Positions 8,687-18,071 of a DNA stretch of 64,000 nucleotides are shown in pieces. A program made the translations under genes and the position numbers. The notes under the pieces were generated by a model, which made no database searches, was not told where the DNA came from, and worked only from the letters and a program-made list of their open reading frames with translations. This DNA comes from Gemmatimonadota bacterium (GTDB lineage Bacteria; Gemmatimonadota; Gemmatimonadetes; JACCXV01; JAHWKZ01), in NCBI GenBank assembly GCA_036556305.1, contig DATBJO010000026.1, positions 23,427 through 87,426 of the forward strand, in the 5' to 3' direction. Positions within the stretch are counted from its first letter, which is position 1; each line of letters starts with the position of its first letter.

Positions 8687-10666
8687 CTACCGTGAGGAAG
8701 ATGCGGTCTCGGCGACGACGTCGATCCGCTGGTCGACGAAGCGCTCGCCCTCGAACGATCGCGCCTCGAGGTGATACTCGCCGGGCTCGGACGGCCGGAA
8801 CTCGAAGTCCATCGTCTCCCCGACGCTGACGATCCGGTCGGCGAGGTCCATCCTCTGCTGTCGAGCGGGAAGCGCGGCGCCGTCCTTGGCGACCGCGCGC
8901 CACATCACGGGGAAGCCGTCGCGGACGAGGCGGATCCGGGCGAGCGCGTTGAACAGCGTGATGTTCATGAAGCGAAAACGATAGGTCACCCCCGTCACGA
9001 GCGCGATCGGATCGGGGGTCGGGGAGCCGTTCAGGAGCGGAGACATGTCCGGATCGGATCCCGTGCTCAGCAGGACCACGCGGTCGGTCTCGGGATTCCA
9101 CTCCTCGCCCGCCGGCAGGACGACGAAGCCGCCGTAGAGCCCGGCGCTCTGCTGGCGGACGTCGTTGAAGTGCGTATGATACATGTAGCTCCCCGCGCGC
9201 GGCGGCGTGATTCGCATCTCGAACGAGTCGCCGGGCAGAATCGCGGGCGTGGTCGCGCCGTGATAGCCCCCGATGCCGGCCACCCCGTCGAAGTAGCTGT
9301 CGATCTCGAGGCCGTGCCAGTGAATCTGCGTCGGCTCGTCTATCCGGTTGATGACCCGCACCCCGGTCGGTTCGCCGACCCACGTCACGAGCGTCGGTCC
9401 CGGCCAGGCGACCGGTCGTGAAGGCGCCTCGCCGTCGTTGCCGGCAAGGGCGAAGCCGAAGCGGCGCCGCTCGCCCGGCAGCGAATCGCTGATGACGAAG
9501 AGCCGCAGCAACCGTCGAGGCCGGACCTCGTTCGCGTAGCCTTCGGGCGGACGCACCGTGATCCCCATCACGAGGCCGCCCATCCCTTCGACCACGTGGT
9601 GACCGGGATCCTCGGAGTGGATGCCGTGGAGCAGCGCATCGTCGCGTGCGGCGCCGTCCGCGTAGTCACCGGGAAGCGCATTCGGGACGACGTGAAAGCT
9701 GATGTGGCAGTGGAACGGCCAGCCGCCGGGCCGATCCGCGAGCCACGAGACGTCCGCGGTCTCCCCGATGCCCATTAAATGGGTGGCGTTGAGCCGCCGC
9801 TCCCCCGGCCACAGGCGCTCATCGCGCTGGATGTCGCCCTTCGCGTCGACCTCGAAAAAGAAGCCGTGCAGGTGCATCGGATGCACGCGGTCGGTCAGGT
9901 TGATGAGCCGCCAGTGGACGGAATCGCCGAGCGCGTACTCGAGTCGCTCGGTGAACGGCCACGGCCGACCGTTGATCGCCATCGTCTCGGTCTGCCAGTC
10001 GAGCTCTTCTCCCGCCGCCGGCCGATCGAACCAGACAGAGAGGACCATCACCTTGTCGCGGACGGGCGGGTTCCCCGGCGCATCGACGATCAGGGCCCCG
10101 TTAAGCTGGCTGTCCTCGTACAGCCGCGAATCCGGCTCCTCGAACACGAGCCGCGAACCGGTCGTCGTCCCCCAGTAGAAATAGGTACCCTCGACATCGG
10201 CGACGAAGCGGGCCTCGCTCTCCTCTCCCGCGGGAACGACCAGCGAGTCCATGTCGGCGACCCGACGATCGGCCAGGCCGTAGACGACCAGCGGGACGTC
10301 GAGCGGATTCGAGACGAAGACGCGGATCTCCGTGCCGAGCGGCACGCGGATCATGGGACCCGGGTTCTCCGGCTCGCGGCCGATCTCGCGGAAAGCAAGG
10401 ACCTCGACCCCGCCGCGATCGTCCCCCAGATAACGCCACTCACCGCGGACGAGCTCCAGGCGGAGCGTAAGGACGCCGTTCGCCAAGGTCCCGGCCGGGC
10501 GGTCATTGTCGTTCCAGCGGATGCGGGGAAGTTCGTCGCGCGCGAAGGCGGTCGCGGAGCAGACTACGACGACGGCCACGGCCACGGCCACGAAGGCGCG
10601 AGCGCACGAACGCGGACGAAGCACGGGCAGGGCGACTCCTTCTTGTCGGGGAAGATACGGGAACAT
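8687..10666 (-). CDS. Multicopper oxidase (three cupredoxin domains) with its copper-ligand motifs in permuted order
   Basis: Start MFPYLPRQEG..., with a signal-like hydrophobic stretch. Motifs appear in the order HPMHLHG, HCHISFH, then IHWHGLEID, YMYHTHFND. The track ORF 8687..12205 is an artificial read-through. Its upstream part overlaps the MATE gene in another frame. Confidence 0.8.
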   Translation of the reverse strand: MFPYLPRQEGVALPVLRPRSCARAFVAVAVAVVVVCSATAFARDELPRIRWNDNDRPAGTLANGVLTLRLELVRGEWRYLGDDRGGVEVLAFREIGREPENPGPMIRVPLGTEIRVFVSNPLDVPLVVYGLADRRVADMDSLVVPAGEESEARFVADVEGTYFYWGTTTGSRLVFEEPDSRLYEDSQLNGALIVDAPGNPPVRDKVMVLSVWFDRPAAGEELDWQTETMAINGRPWPFTERLEYALGDSVHWRLINLTDRVHPMHLHGFFFEVDAKGDIQRDERLWPGERRLNATHLMGIGETADVSWLADRPGGWPFHCHISFHVVPNALPGDYADGAARDDALLHGIHSEDPGHHVVEGMGGLVMGITVRPPEGYANEVRPRRLLRLFVISDSLPGERRRFGFALAGNDGEAPSRPVAWPGPTLVTWVGEPTGVRVINRIDEPTQIHWHGLEIDSYFDGVAGIGGYHGATTPAILPGDSFEMRITPPRAGSYMYHTHFNDVRQQSAGLYGGFVVLPAGEEWNPETDRVVLLSTGSDPDMSPLLNGSPTPDPIALVTGVTYRFRFMNITLFNALARIRLVRDGFPVMWRAVAKDGAALPARQQRMDLADRIVSVGETMDFEFRPSEPGEYHLEARSFEGERFVDQRIDVVAETASSSR

Positions 10667-10710
10667 GTTACCCGCTCGATGGCCGGGCCCGCAAGCCGGC
10701 GGCCCGGATT

Positions 10711-12153
10711 TCACGCCCGAGCCGACATCCACCCGCCGCGCTTGAAGGCCTGCCCCGCGATGACCGGAACCGCCGAGTACGCCACCGCGATCGCGACGAA
10801 GACGCCCAGCGGGCCCATCCCGGCGCGCGAAAGGAACCAGGCCGCGGGGAGCTCGAGAGCCCAGAAGCACGCGATGTTGATCCACGTCGGCGTGCGCGTG
10901 TCGCCGGCGCCGTTGAACGACTGCTGGAGCACCATGCCCCAGCCGTAGAACGGGAACCCGAGAGCCACGATCCGGAGTCCCATCACGGCCCACCGCGCCG
11001 TCGCCGGATCGTCGGTGAAGAGGCGCACGATCCACGGCGCCAGCGCGACGAACACGATTCCGACGGCCCCGAGCGCGAATGCGCTCCACCAGCCCGCGAG
11101 CCGCACGGACCGGATCGCCCGCTCGGGCTTCCCGGCGCCCAGGCCCTGACCGACCATCGTCGCGGCGGCGTTCGACAGGCCCCACGAGGGCATGAGCGCG
11201 AAGATGATCACGCGGATCGCGATCGTGTATCCGGCCACGACCTCGGTTCCGTATCCGGCGAGGATCCGGATCAGCGCGATCCAGCTCGCCATGCCGACGA
11301 AGACCTGGAACGTGCCGGTCGCGCTCAGGCTCACGAGTCGCGCGAGGAGCGCCGAGTCGAGTCGCAGGTGTCTGCGCCCGACGCGCACCCGCGCTCGCGG
11401 GCGCAGGAGCGTGGCGAACTGGACGACGACCGCGGTCCCGCGCCCGATCGTCGTCGCCACGGCCGCGCCGGTCAGGCCCAGCTCGGGGAACGGGCCGATC
11501 CCGAAGATCAGGAACGGATCGAGGACGATGTTGATCCCGTTGGCGAGCCAGAGGAGCCGCATCGCGATCGCCGCGTCGCCGGCGCCGCGGAACACCGCGT
11601 TCAGGAGGAACAGGAGCATGATCGTCGCGTTCCCGCCGAGGAGGACGCGGGCGTAGCCCGACCCTTCCGCGACGACCTCGGGCTCGGCGCCGAGCAGCCG
11701 CAGGAACTCGGGCGCGAACAGGATGCCGGAGACGCCGATGACCGCGGACAGGCCGACGCCGAGTGCGATCGCCTGCACGGCCGAGCGCGCGGCCCCTTCC
11801 GGGTCCCCGCCTCCGATCCGACGCGCGACCATGGCCGTGACCCCGATCGAAAGACCGATCGCGATCGTGTAGACGAGCGTGACGATCGATTCCGTCAGGC
11901 CGACGGACGTGATCGCTCCCGCGCCGAGACGCGACACCCAGAAGATGTTCGTGAGCGCGAAGACCGATTCCAGCGCGGTCTCCAGCACCATCGGGATCGC
12001 GAGCATGAGGAGCGCGCGACCGACGGGACCCCGGGTGTAGTCCTGCGACGACCCGCGCAGGGCCTCCTTGAGGAGCGCGATTTTCCCCTGTGGGTGCCCC
12101 GGCACCCCGGGCGCCGGGACCGTTTCGGGAATCAGTTCTTCGACATCCGACAT
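10711..12153 (-). CDS. MATE family efflux transporter
   Basis: 480 aa with 12 predicted TM helices. The sequence is typical of NorM/DinF-like MATE proteins (ALPMVLETALESVFALTNIFWVSRLG...). Confidence 0.85.
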   Translation of the reverse strand: MSDVEELIPETVPAPGVPGHPQGKIALLKEALRGSSQDYTRGPVGRALLMLAIPMVLETALESVFALTNIFWVSRLGAGAITSVGLTESIVTLVYTIAIGLSIGVTAMVARRIGGGDPEGAARSAVQAIALGVGLSAVIGVSGILFAPEFLRLLGAEPEVVAEGSGYARVLLGGNATIMLLFLLNAVFRGAGDAAIAMRLLWLANGINIVLDPFLIFGIGPFPELGLTGAAVATTIGRGTAVVVQFATLLRPRARVRVGRRHLRLDSALLARLVSLSATGTFQVFVGMASWIALIRILAGYGTEVVAGYTIAIRVIIFALMPSWGLSNAAATMVGQGLGAGKPERAIRSVRLAGWWSAFALGAVGIVFVALAPWIVRLFTDDPATARWAVMGLRIVALGFPFYGWGMVLQQSFNGAGDTRTPTWINIACFWALELPAAWFLSRAGMGPLGVFVAIAVAYSAVPVIAGQAFKRGGWMSARA

Positions 12154-12562
12154 GTGCGACCTCGTGAACGCTGGACTCGACGACGACGATGCGCGGCGCG
12201 TTCACGGAGGCGAAGCGAAGACGCTTCTTCCGCGGGCTGCGTGGAGACCCTCCCTCGGGAGGAGTCCCGGCGGTGCTGTCAGACGTTCAGGTGCCGGTCG
12301 TGAGCGCCCGCGCGCGGACTAGACGGTGGGCCGATCGGGGAGCGGATCGGCGACTCGCCGGATGCTGATTCGCGTGGCGTCGGTTCTCACGTCGGCGACT
12401 CCGAAGGAGGAAGGTGCAGCGGAACGAAGGTCCGATGATAGACGATGGGAGCCTGGCTCGTCAACCGTGTTCGAGGGCTGACGGCGGGAAACCTCGTCCG
12501 GTGGGATACTCGTGATTGCGTCCGGTGCACGGAGCCGATACGATCTCGACCAGGGAGGGCAC

Positions 12563-13447
12563 ATGCGGATGGGTACGATCTCGGCAGCGGCGGCGGGCAC
12601 GCTCGAGCTCGGGGACGGGCTCGTCGTGAACCGCCTCGGATTCGGGGCGATGCGGGTCGCGGGCAGGGACGTCTGGGGTCCGCCGGACGATCGGGCGCAT
12701 ACGATCCGCGTGCTGCGCCGCGCGGTCGAGCTCGACGTCAACTTCCTCGACACCGCCGATTCCTATGGGCCCTTCGTCTCGGAGGAGCTGATCGCCGAGG
12801 CCCTGCATCCCTATCCAGACGGGCTCGTGATCGCCACCAAGGGCGGGCTGACCCGGCCCTCGCGCCGCGCGTGGGACGAGGACGGGCGGCCCGAGCACCT
12901 GCGCGAGGCCCTGGAAGGGAGCCTCGAGCGCCTCAAGGTCGAGCGGATCGATCTGTATCAGCTCCACGCGCCCGATCCGCAGGTCCCGCTAGAGGATTCG
13001 ATCGGTGCCCTCAAGGAGATGCAGGACGAGGGCAAGATCCGGCTCGTCGGCGTGTCCAACGTGGACCTCGACGAGCTCGAGATCGCGCGCGGGATCGTCG
13101 ACGTCGCGAGCGTTCAGAACCGGTACAACCTGAGCGACCGCTCGTCCGACGACGTCCTCGACCGCTGCGAGGAGCTGGGGATCGCGTTCATCCCGTGGTT
13201 CCCGCTCGACGCGGGCGGGCTGGTCAAGGGCGGCGGGCGCCATCGCGCGTCGGGTCCGCTGGGCACGATCGCGAAACGGCATGGGGGGACGCCCGCCCAG
13301 GTCGCGCTCGCGTGGCTCCTCGCGCGCTCGCCGGTGATGCTCCCCATCCCAGGGACGTCGGACCTCGATCATCTCGAGGAGAACGTCGGGGCCGCTGCGC
13401 TCGAGCTGTCCGAAGACGAGATCGAGGAGCTGGAGGACCTGGCGTGA
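12563..13447 (+). CDS. Aldo/keto reductase
   Basis: LGFGAMRV...IRVLRRAVELDVNFLDTADSYG...IDLYQLHAPDP...IRLVGVSN....ASVQNRYNL. These are canonical AKR motifs. The start was set at MRMGTIS. Confidence 0.85.
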   Translation: MRMGTISAAAAGTLELGDGLVVNRLGFGAMRVAGRDVWGPPDDRAHTIRVLRRAVELDVNFLDTADSYGPFVSEELIAEALHPYPDGLVIATKGGLTRPSRRAWDEDGRPEHLREALEGSLERLKVERIDLYQLHAPDPQVPLEDSIGALKEMQDEGKIRLVGVSNVDLDELEIARGIVDVASVQNRYNLSDRSSDDVLDRCEELGIAFIPWFPLDAGGLVKGGGRHRASGPLGTIAKRHGGTPAQVALAWLLARSPVMLPIPGTSDLDHLEENVGAAALELSEDEIEELEDLA

Positions 13448-14061
13448 GGGCCGCCGCGGCCGCCGTGCCGCTCGTCGGGCTCGTCCTGATCGGAGCGGGG
13501 ACGCCCGCCTGGGCGCAGGAGTCGCGGTTCCGCCTGAACCCGTACGCGGGCTGGTACCACTTCGACGAGAGCTCGTTCGAGAAGGGGTTCGAGACGTCCG
13601 ACGTCGAATCCGATCCCGTGTACGGTCTCAGGCTCGCGATCGGCGGGATCGGCGGATGGTCGCTCGACCTCGCGTACGGGAGGACGAAGATCGACGCGAG
13701 CGACCTCCTGCTGTCGGGCGCCGACGTGACGTTCTCGAGCGACGCGACGATCCAGCTCTACTACGGCGCGCTCGACTGGCACCTGCCGCTCACCGGGCCG
13801 CTGGATCTCTTCCTGTCGGGCGGTCTGGGGGGAATCGATACCGACTTCGAGGGCGAGGGCGGCGGGACCGACGTGCTCCTGAACTACGGCGGCGGAGTCG
13901 CGATCCCGCTGGGGTCGCTGCGGCTGCGCGCCGACCTCAAGGACCAGGTCGACTTCTGCGACGCCCCCGAGGAGTTCGATGCGGACGGGCTCGACGCCTG
14001 CTTCGAGGACGAGGCGCTCCACAACATCGAGCTGACGGCCGGGCTCGAGATCCCGCTCTAG
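13444..14061 (+). CDS. Outer-membrane beta-barrel domain protein (OmpA-like beta-barrel / porin-like), probably GTG start
   Basis: Signal peptide VRAAAAAVPLVGLVLIGAGTPAWAQE. Alternating amphipathic beta-strand pattern ending ...NIELTAGLEIPL. The GTG start overlaps the AKR stop codon (GTGA). Confidence 0.5.
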   Translation: MRAAAAAVPLVGLVLIGAGTPAWAQESRFRLNPYAGWYHFDESSFEKGFETSDVESDPVYGLRLAIGGIGGWSLDLAYGRTKIDASDLLLSGADVTFSSDATIQLYYGALDWHLPLTGPLDLFLSGGLGGIDTDFEGEGGGTDVLLNYGGGVAIPLGSLRLRADLKDQVDFCDAPEEFDADGLDACFEDEALHNIELTAGLEIPL

Positions 14062-14201
14062 TCGCCGTCCGCGGCCAGGAACGGGACGCCCAGTCGTTCC
14101 GCGCGGCGCGGCCGCAGAGAGCGGCCGACGACCCGCCGGATCGGCCCGTTCAAGCGCGGTGGGTTTGTGCCGCCGCCCGGCCCCGAGCTAAGATCTGCGC
14201 C

Positions 14202-15893
14202 GTGAGCGACGCCCGCGACGCCCAGCGGTCCAGGTGGAAGACGACCGCCCTCGAGCCGCTCGTCGTCCCGTTCCTCGCCCTTGTCCTCCTCGCCGTTCCG
14301 GGCATGGCGGCGGGCCAGGAATCCTCCGAATCCATCCGCACTCGCGCGGAGGCGTCGGATTTCGTCGAAACCTCGACGTATGACGACGTTCTGGCGTTCC
14401 TGGGCGCCGTCGCGGCCGCGAATCCGGGTCTCCATGTCGGGGCGTTCGGGTACACCTACGAGGGACGGCGGCTGCCGCTCGCGGTCTGGGGGGCGCCGGA
14501 CGCGTCGCCGGCCGCGGTGCGGGCGAGCGGAAAGACCCGGGTCCTCGTCCTGGCGAACATCCATGCGGGCGAGGTCGAAGGGAAGGAGGCCGCGCTCGAG
14601 CTCCTGCGCGAGCTGTCCGGCGGCGAGCACGCCGCGTGGAGCGATTCCCTGGTCCTCCTCGTGGCGCCGATCTACAACGCGGACGGGAACGAGCGAGTCC
14701 GGCTCGACAACCGGCCGCTCCAGCTCGGTCCAGTGGGCGGCATGGGTCAGCGGCCGAATGCGCAGGGCTACGATCTGAACCGGGACTACATGAAGCTCGA
14801 TACTCCCGAGGCACGGTCGCTCGTTCGGCTGTTCACCGCGTACGATCCGCACGTCACGATCGACCTCCACACGACGAACGGCACGTATCACGGCTACCAC
14901 CTCACGTACTCGCCGCCGCTCCATCCCGGGACCGACGACGCGATCGTCGCGTTCGCGCGCGACCGGTGGCTGCCCTCCGTCACCGCGGATCTGAAGCCGC
15001 AATGGGACCTCTGGCACTACGGAAACCTGCCCGGCGACGAGGGGTTCGAGGCTCCGGCGGGATGGTACACGTTCAGCCACCAGCCGCGGTTCGGAAACAA
15101 CTACGAAGGATTGCGGAATCGCTTCGGTCTGCTCTCCGAGGCCTACGCGTATCTGCCCTTCGACGAACGGATCGAGGTGACCCGGCGGTTCGTCGAGTCG
15201 CTGCTCGATTTCGCGGCCGCGCACGCCACCACGATCCGTGGGCTCACGGAGGCCGCGGACGGCCGCGATCTCTCGGGCGGCGAGCTCCCCGTCCGCGCGG
15301 AGATCGCGTGCGGTCCGGACCGCGAGATCCTGATGGGCGAGGTCGCGGCCGAGCCGCATCCGTACACCGGCGAGCCGATGTTGCGGCGACTCCCGGTCCA
15401 GCGGCCGGAATCGATGCCGGACTGCACGTCGTTCCGCGGAACCGAGCTCTCACGCGTGCCCGCGATGTGGGTCGTCCCCGCCGAGCTGGAAGGCGCGATC
15501 GAGCTGCTCTCCGCGCACGGGATCCGGATGGCGACGCTCGTCGAGCCGGCGACGATCGACGTCGAGGCGTTCGCGATCGCGAGCTCGACTCAGTCGGAGC
15601 GCGAGTTCCAGCAGCACCGCGAGCGGACGCTCGAAGGCCGGTGGGAGCCGGCGCGCGAGACGCTCCCGGCGGGGACGGTCCTCGTCCCGACCGCCCAGCC
15701 GCTCGGCCGCCTCGCGTTCTACCTCCTCGATCCGCGCAGCGACGACGGCCTGGGCGCGTGGAACGTCCTCGACGAGGCGCTGGAAGGCGCGACGCGCTAC
15801 CCGATCCTCCGCGCGGCGAGCCTGCCGCCGGAGAGGAGCTATCGGGAGTCGGACCCGACCGCGAGGGAGGAGGCGGGCGATGCAGGACGCTGA
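14202..15893 (+). CDS. Secreted M14-family zinc carboxypeptidase
   Basis: Signal peptide (LVVPFLALVLLAVPGMAAGQE). NIHAGEVEGKEA (HxxE zinc site), NRDY and ..HTTNGTYHGY (third zinc ligand) are typical of M14. Confidence 0.75.
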   Translation: MSDARDAQRSRWKTTALEPLVVPFLALVLLAVPGMAAGQESSESIRTRAEASDFVETSTYDDVLAFLGAVAAANPGLHVGAFGYTYEGRRLPLAVWGAPDASPAAVRASGKTRVLVLANIHAGEVEGKEAALELLRELSGGEHAAWSDSLVLLVAPIYNADGNERVRLDNRPLQLGPVGGMGQRPNAQGYDLNRDYMKLDTPEARSLVRLFTAYDPHVTIDLHTTNGTYHGYHLTYSPPLHPGTDDAIVAFARDRWLPSVTADLKPQWDLWHYGNLPGDEGFEAPAGWYTFSHQPRFGNNYEGLRNRFGLLSEAYAYLPFDERIEVTRRFVESLLDFAAAHATTIRGLTEAADGRDLSGGELPVRAEIACGPDREILMGEVAAEPHPYTGEPMLRRLPVQRPESMPDCTSFRGTELSRVPAMWVVPAELEGAIELLSAHGIRMATLVEPATIDVEAFAIASSTQSEREFQQHRERTLEGRWEPARETLPAGTVLVPTAQPLGRLAFYLLDPRSDDGLGAWNVLDEALEGATRYPILRAASLPPERSYRESDPTAREEAGDAGR

Positions 15894-16324
15894 TACGTCA
15901 TCGTGACGATGCAGCAGTTGCGGCCCGGTCCGAACGAGGCGGTGAGCTGGATTTGCGCCGGGCTCGCGCCCGGCCCCGAGCGCGGCGGGATATAGCGGGC
16001 TTCCCACCAGACGAGAGAGTCCTCTTCGCGCTGGCCGAAATCGGTCGGCTCGACGAAGCGCACGGTCTCGCCGTCCCACGTCGCGTCGTCGAACCGGACG
16101 ACCCACCAGCGATTCCAGAGCTCGAACTCGAAGTAGCCGGACAGAGTCCCGGCGTCGCGCTCGACGAGCGCGTCGAACGTCCCGGGGGGCGTCGGAAGGT
16201 CGGCGGCCCAGGCTCCAAGGACGGGGCGCGGATCCGCCTCGAACCCCTCGTCCAGGGGGTCGGTCACCGCGCCCTGCCCGCAAGCCGCGACGAGGAGAGC
16301 GAGGAACGCGAGAGGCCGGCACAT
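15839..16324 (-). CDS. Small lipoprotein of unknown function
   Basis: MCRPLAFLALLVAACGQ has a lipobox (LVAAC). Its 3' end overlaps the convergent carboxypeptidase gene by about 55 nt. The true stop and extent are uncertain. Confidence 0.4.
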   Translation of the reverse strand: MCRPLAFLALLVAACGQGAVTDPLDEGFEADPRPVLGAWAADLPTPPGTFDALVERDAGTLSGYFEFELWNRWWVVRFDDATWDGETVRFVEPTDFGQREEDSLVWWEARYIPPRSGPGASPAQIQLTASFGPGRNCCIVTMTYQRPASPASSLAVGSDSR

Positions 16325-16389
16325 GAACGAACGGTACCGCGCATCCGCGTCGGTCGCACCCCGCCCGGGTCGGCGTCGCCGGCGCGCGC

Positions 16390-17505
16390 TCACGGCTCGC
16401 CCCGCAGCCGGAGCGCGTAGATCGACTGCCAGGTCCCGCCGCCGTTGTCGGCCAGGAGCAGAAGCGAACGGTCGCCGTTGGACAGCCTGGGTCCCAGCGC
16501 CATCCCCTCGAAGTTCGAGACCGGCAGTCCGAACCAGCGCTCGAAAAGCCGTGTCTTCCGGACCGGCCTCCAGCCCGACCGCCCCGCGAGCCCCGAGCGG
16601 AACGGCGCGGCCGAGACGTCGGTTGCTCCCGCGGGCTCGGCCAGGTAGATGCGAATGCGGAAACCGCCCGTCCCGACCGCGTCGCCCGCCAGCGCGCGCT
16701 CGAGCACGAGCAGCCGGCCGTCGGCGAACGCGACCAGGGCGGACACGCCGCTCCGGTCCTCTCCGACGGCCCCCGAAGGGCTGGAGATCGGATGGTCGGT
16801 GGGATCGGTGACGTACGCGACCTGCCGCGTCGGCCCCCCGTACTCGTCGATCTGCTGCAGCCGCACGATCGAGCCGTCGGAAGGAGAGGCCACCGGTCCG
16901 TCGATCGTGAGCGCTTCCTCGTTCGCGGTCCACATCGCGTGCGAACCCTCGGCCCGAGCGACAGCTTCGAAGCCGTAGTTGCGGCGGATCGCTCCGTAGA
17001 CCGAGAGCGGGCCGTCGGGCGCCGCCGACATGCGTCCGACCTCGCGCCCGTTCGCCGGATTCACTTCCACGAGAGAGGGGCGCGAAGGATCGCCGGAATC
17101 GCGTTCGTCGGCGATCCACACCGTTCCACGCCCGGGGTCCCAGGCGACGTCCTCGCGATCGGCGCTCTGACCGGGCCCCGCCAGGAGCCGTCCCCGGGCA
17201 TCCCGGAGCGGAAGGGGGCGATCGAAGGACACCGACCGCACGCGCCCGCTCCGCGAGTCGACGGCGATCTCGAGGAAGTAGAGGGTCGCATGGTCGTCGC
17301 CGACCGACGCGTATCGATCGCCGCGCATCCGCGCGAAGCCGCTCAGCTCCTCGGCCACCAGCCGCGGGTCGTTGGACCCGCCGCCGGTGAAGTTGAAGCG
17401 GCCCACGTCCACGATCTCGATGCCCGTAGCAGCCATCGAGCGGCCGCCGACCGCCACGGCCAGGCCGAGGAGGAAGGCGACGACGGCGCGCGACTGGCCC
17501 CGCAT
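16390..17505 (-). CDS. Secreted hypothetical protein, possibly phytase-like esterase family (beta-propeller-like)
   Basis: Signal peptide MRGQSRAVVAFLLGLAVAVGG. Repeated Gly/Asp-rich beta-strand segments. The family assignment is tentative. Confidence 0.45.
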   Translation of the reverse strand: MRGQSRAVVAFLLGLAVAVGGRSMAATGIEIVDVGRFNFTGGGSNDPRLVAEELSGFARMRGDRYASVGDDHATLYFLEIAVDSRSGRVRSVSFDRPLPLRDARGRLLAGPGQSADREDVAWDPGRGTVWIADERDSGDPSRPSLVEVNPANGREVGRMSAAPDGPLSVYGAIRRNYGFEAVARAEGSHAMWTANEEALTIDGPVASPSDGSIVRLQQIDEYGGPTRQVAYVTDPTDHPISSPSGAVGEDRSGVSALVAFADGRLLVLERALAGDAVGTGGFRIRIYLAEPAGATDVSAAPFRSGLAGRSGWRPVRKTRLFERWFGLPVSNFEGMALGPRLSNGDRSLLLLADNGGGTWQSIYALRLRGEP

Positions 17506-17530
17506 CCCGGCATGATAGACGGTCCGCGGC

Positions 17531-18001
17531 TCAGCGGTCGAGCCACTTCGTCATCAAGTGGCGATCGTGATCGAGGAAACCGCGCCGGGAGTAGAGTCGC
17601 TTCCCGTCCGGGTTGTCGCGATCGACCTCGAGGTGGAGGGCCTCGATTCCCGCTTTGCGACAGGCCCCCTCCATGGCGTCGAGGATGCGTCCGCCGATCC
17701 CCGCGTCGCGATGATCCGGGCGCACGTACAGCTCATCGACGAAGGCGTCGCGGCCGCGGTACTCCAGGCTGAAGCCGCAGCAGAGCACGCCATAGCCCAC
17801 GGCCACGGCGCCGTCACGCGCGAGCCAGACCGCTCCGTGGAGCGGCTGGCGCCAGAGCGCATCGAGCGCGCGCCGCAGGACCGATTCGTCGAACGGGAGG
17901 CGCTCGCCCGCGTAGAACTCCCGCATGAGCGGAAGCAGGTCGTCGAGATCGTCCGCGGTGGCGGGCTCGATCTCGATGCCGGGAGTGGCTCGCGCGCACA
18001 T
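17531..18001 (-). CDS. GNAT family N-acetyltransferase
   Basis: ...AVGYGVLCCGFS...VDELYVRPDHRDAGIGGRILDAMEGACRKAGIEALHLEV..N..KRLYSRRGF. This is the acetyl-CoA binding core (R/Q-x-x-G-x-G/A). Confidence 0.75.
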   Translation of the reverse strand: MCARATPGIEIEPATADDLDDLLPLMREFYAGERLPFDESVLRRALDALWRQPLHGAVWLARDGAVAVGYGVLCCGFSLEYRGRDAFVDELYVRPDHRDAGIGGRILDAMEGACRKAGIEALHLEVDRDNPDGKRLYSRRGFLDHDRHLMTKWLDR

Positions 18002-18071
18002 GACTCCGGCTCCTGATGACGGGGAATCGATCTTGCTCGGGTAGATACCGCAATCTAAGTTCGCCCAAGCC

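Noticed and set aside
8687-12205. 1172-aa single ORF in the track
   Set aside because: Only the downstream 660 codons (8687..10666) form the multicopper oxidase. The upstream portion is an alternative frame over the MATE transporter gene (10711..12153), which has the coherent membrane-protein translation.
12154-12562. 400-bp divergent intergenic region between the MATE and aldo/keto reductase genes, with small hairpins. Considered as a possible sRNA or riboswitch.
   Set aside because: No recognisable riboswitch consensus and no strong terminator. The aldo/keto reductase start is uncertain (possibly earlier, at 12512), which would shrink the region. Only a computational Rfam scan could decide.
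13656-15893. N-terminal extensions of track ORFs (e.g. 13656..15893, 29526..31085, 31069..33567, 32397..33902, 39123..40334, 39719..41479, 40846..41823, 43243..44811, 51793..53340, 58602..60002)
   Set aside because: In each case the recognisable protein starts at an internal ATG, GTG or TTG that coincides with the stop codon of the upstream gene (ATGA or GTGA). The upstream in-frame sequence is the 3' end of the preceding gene read in another frame.
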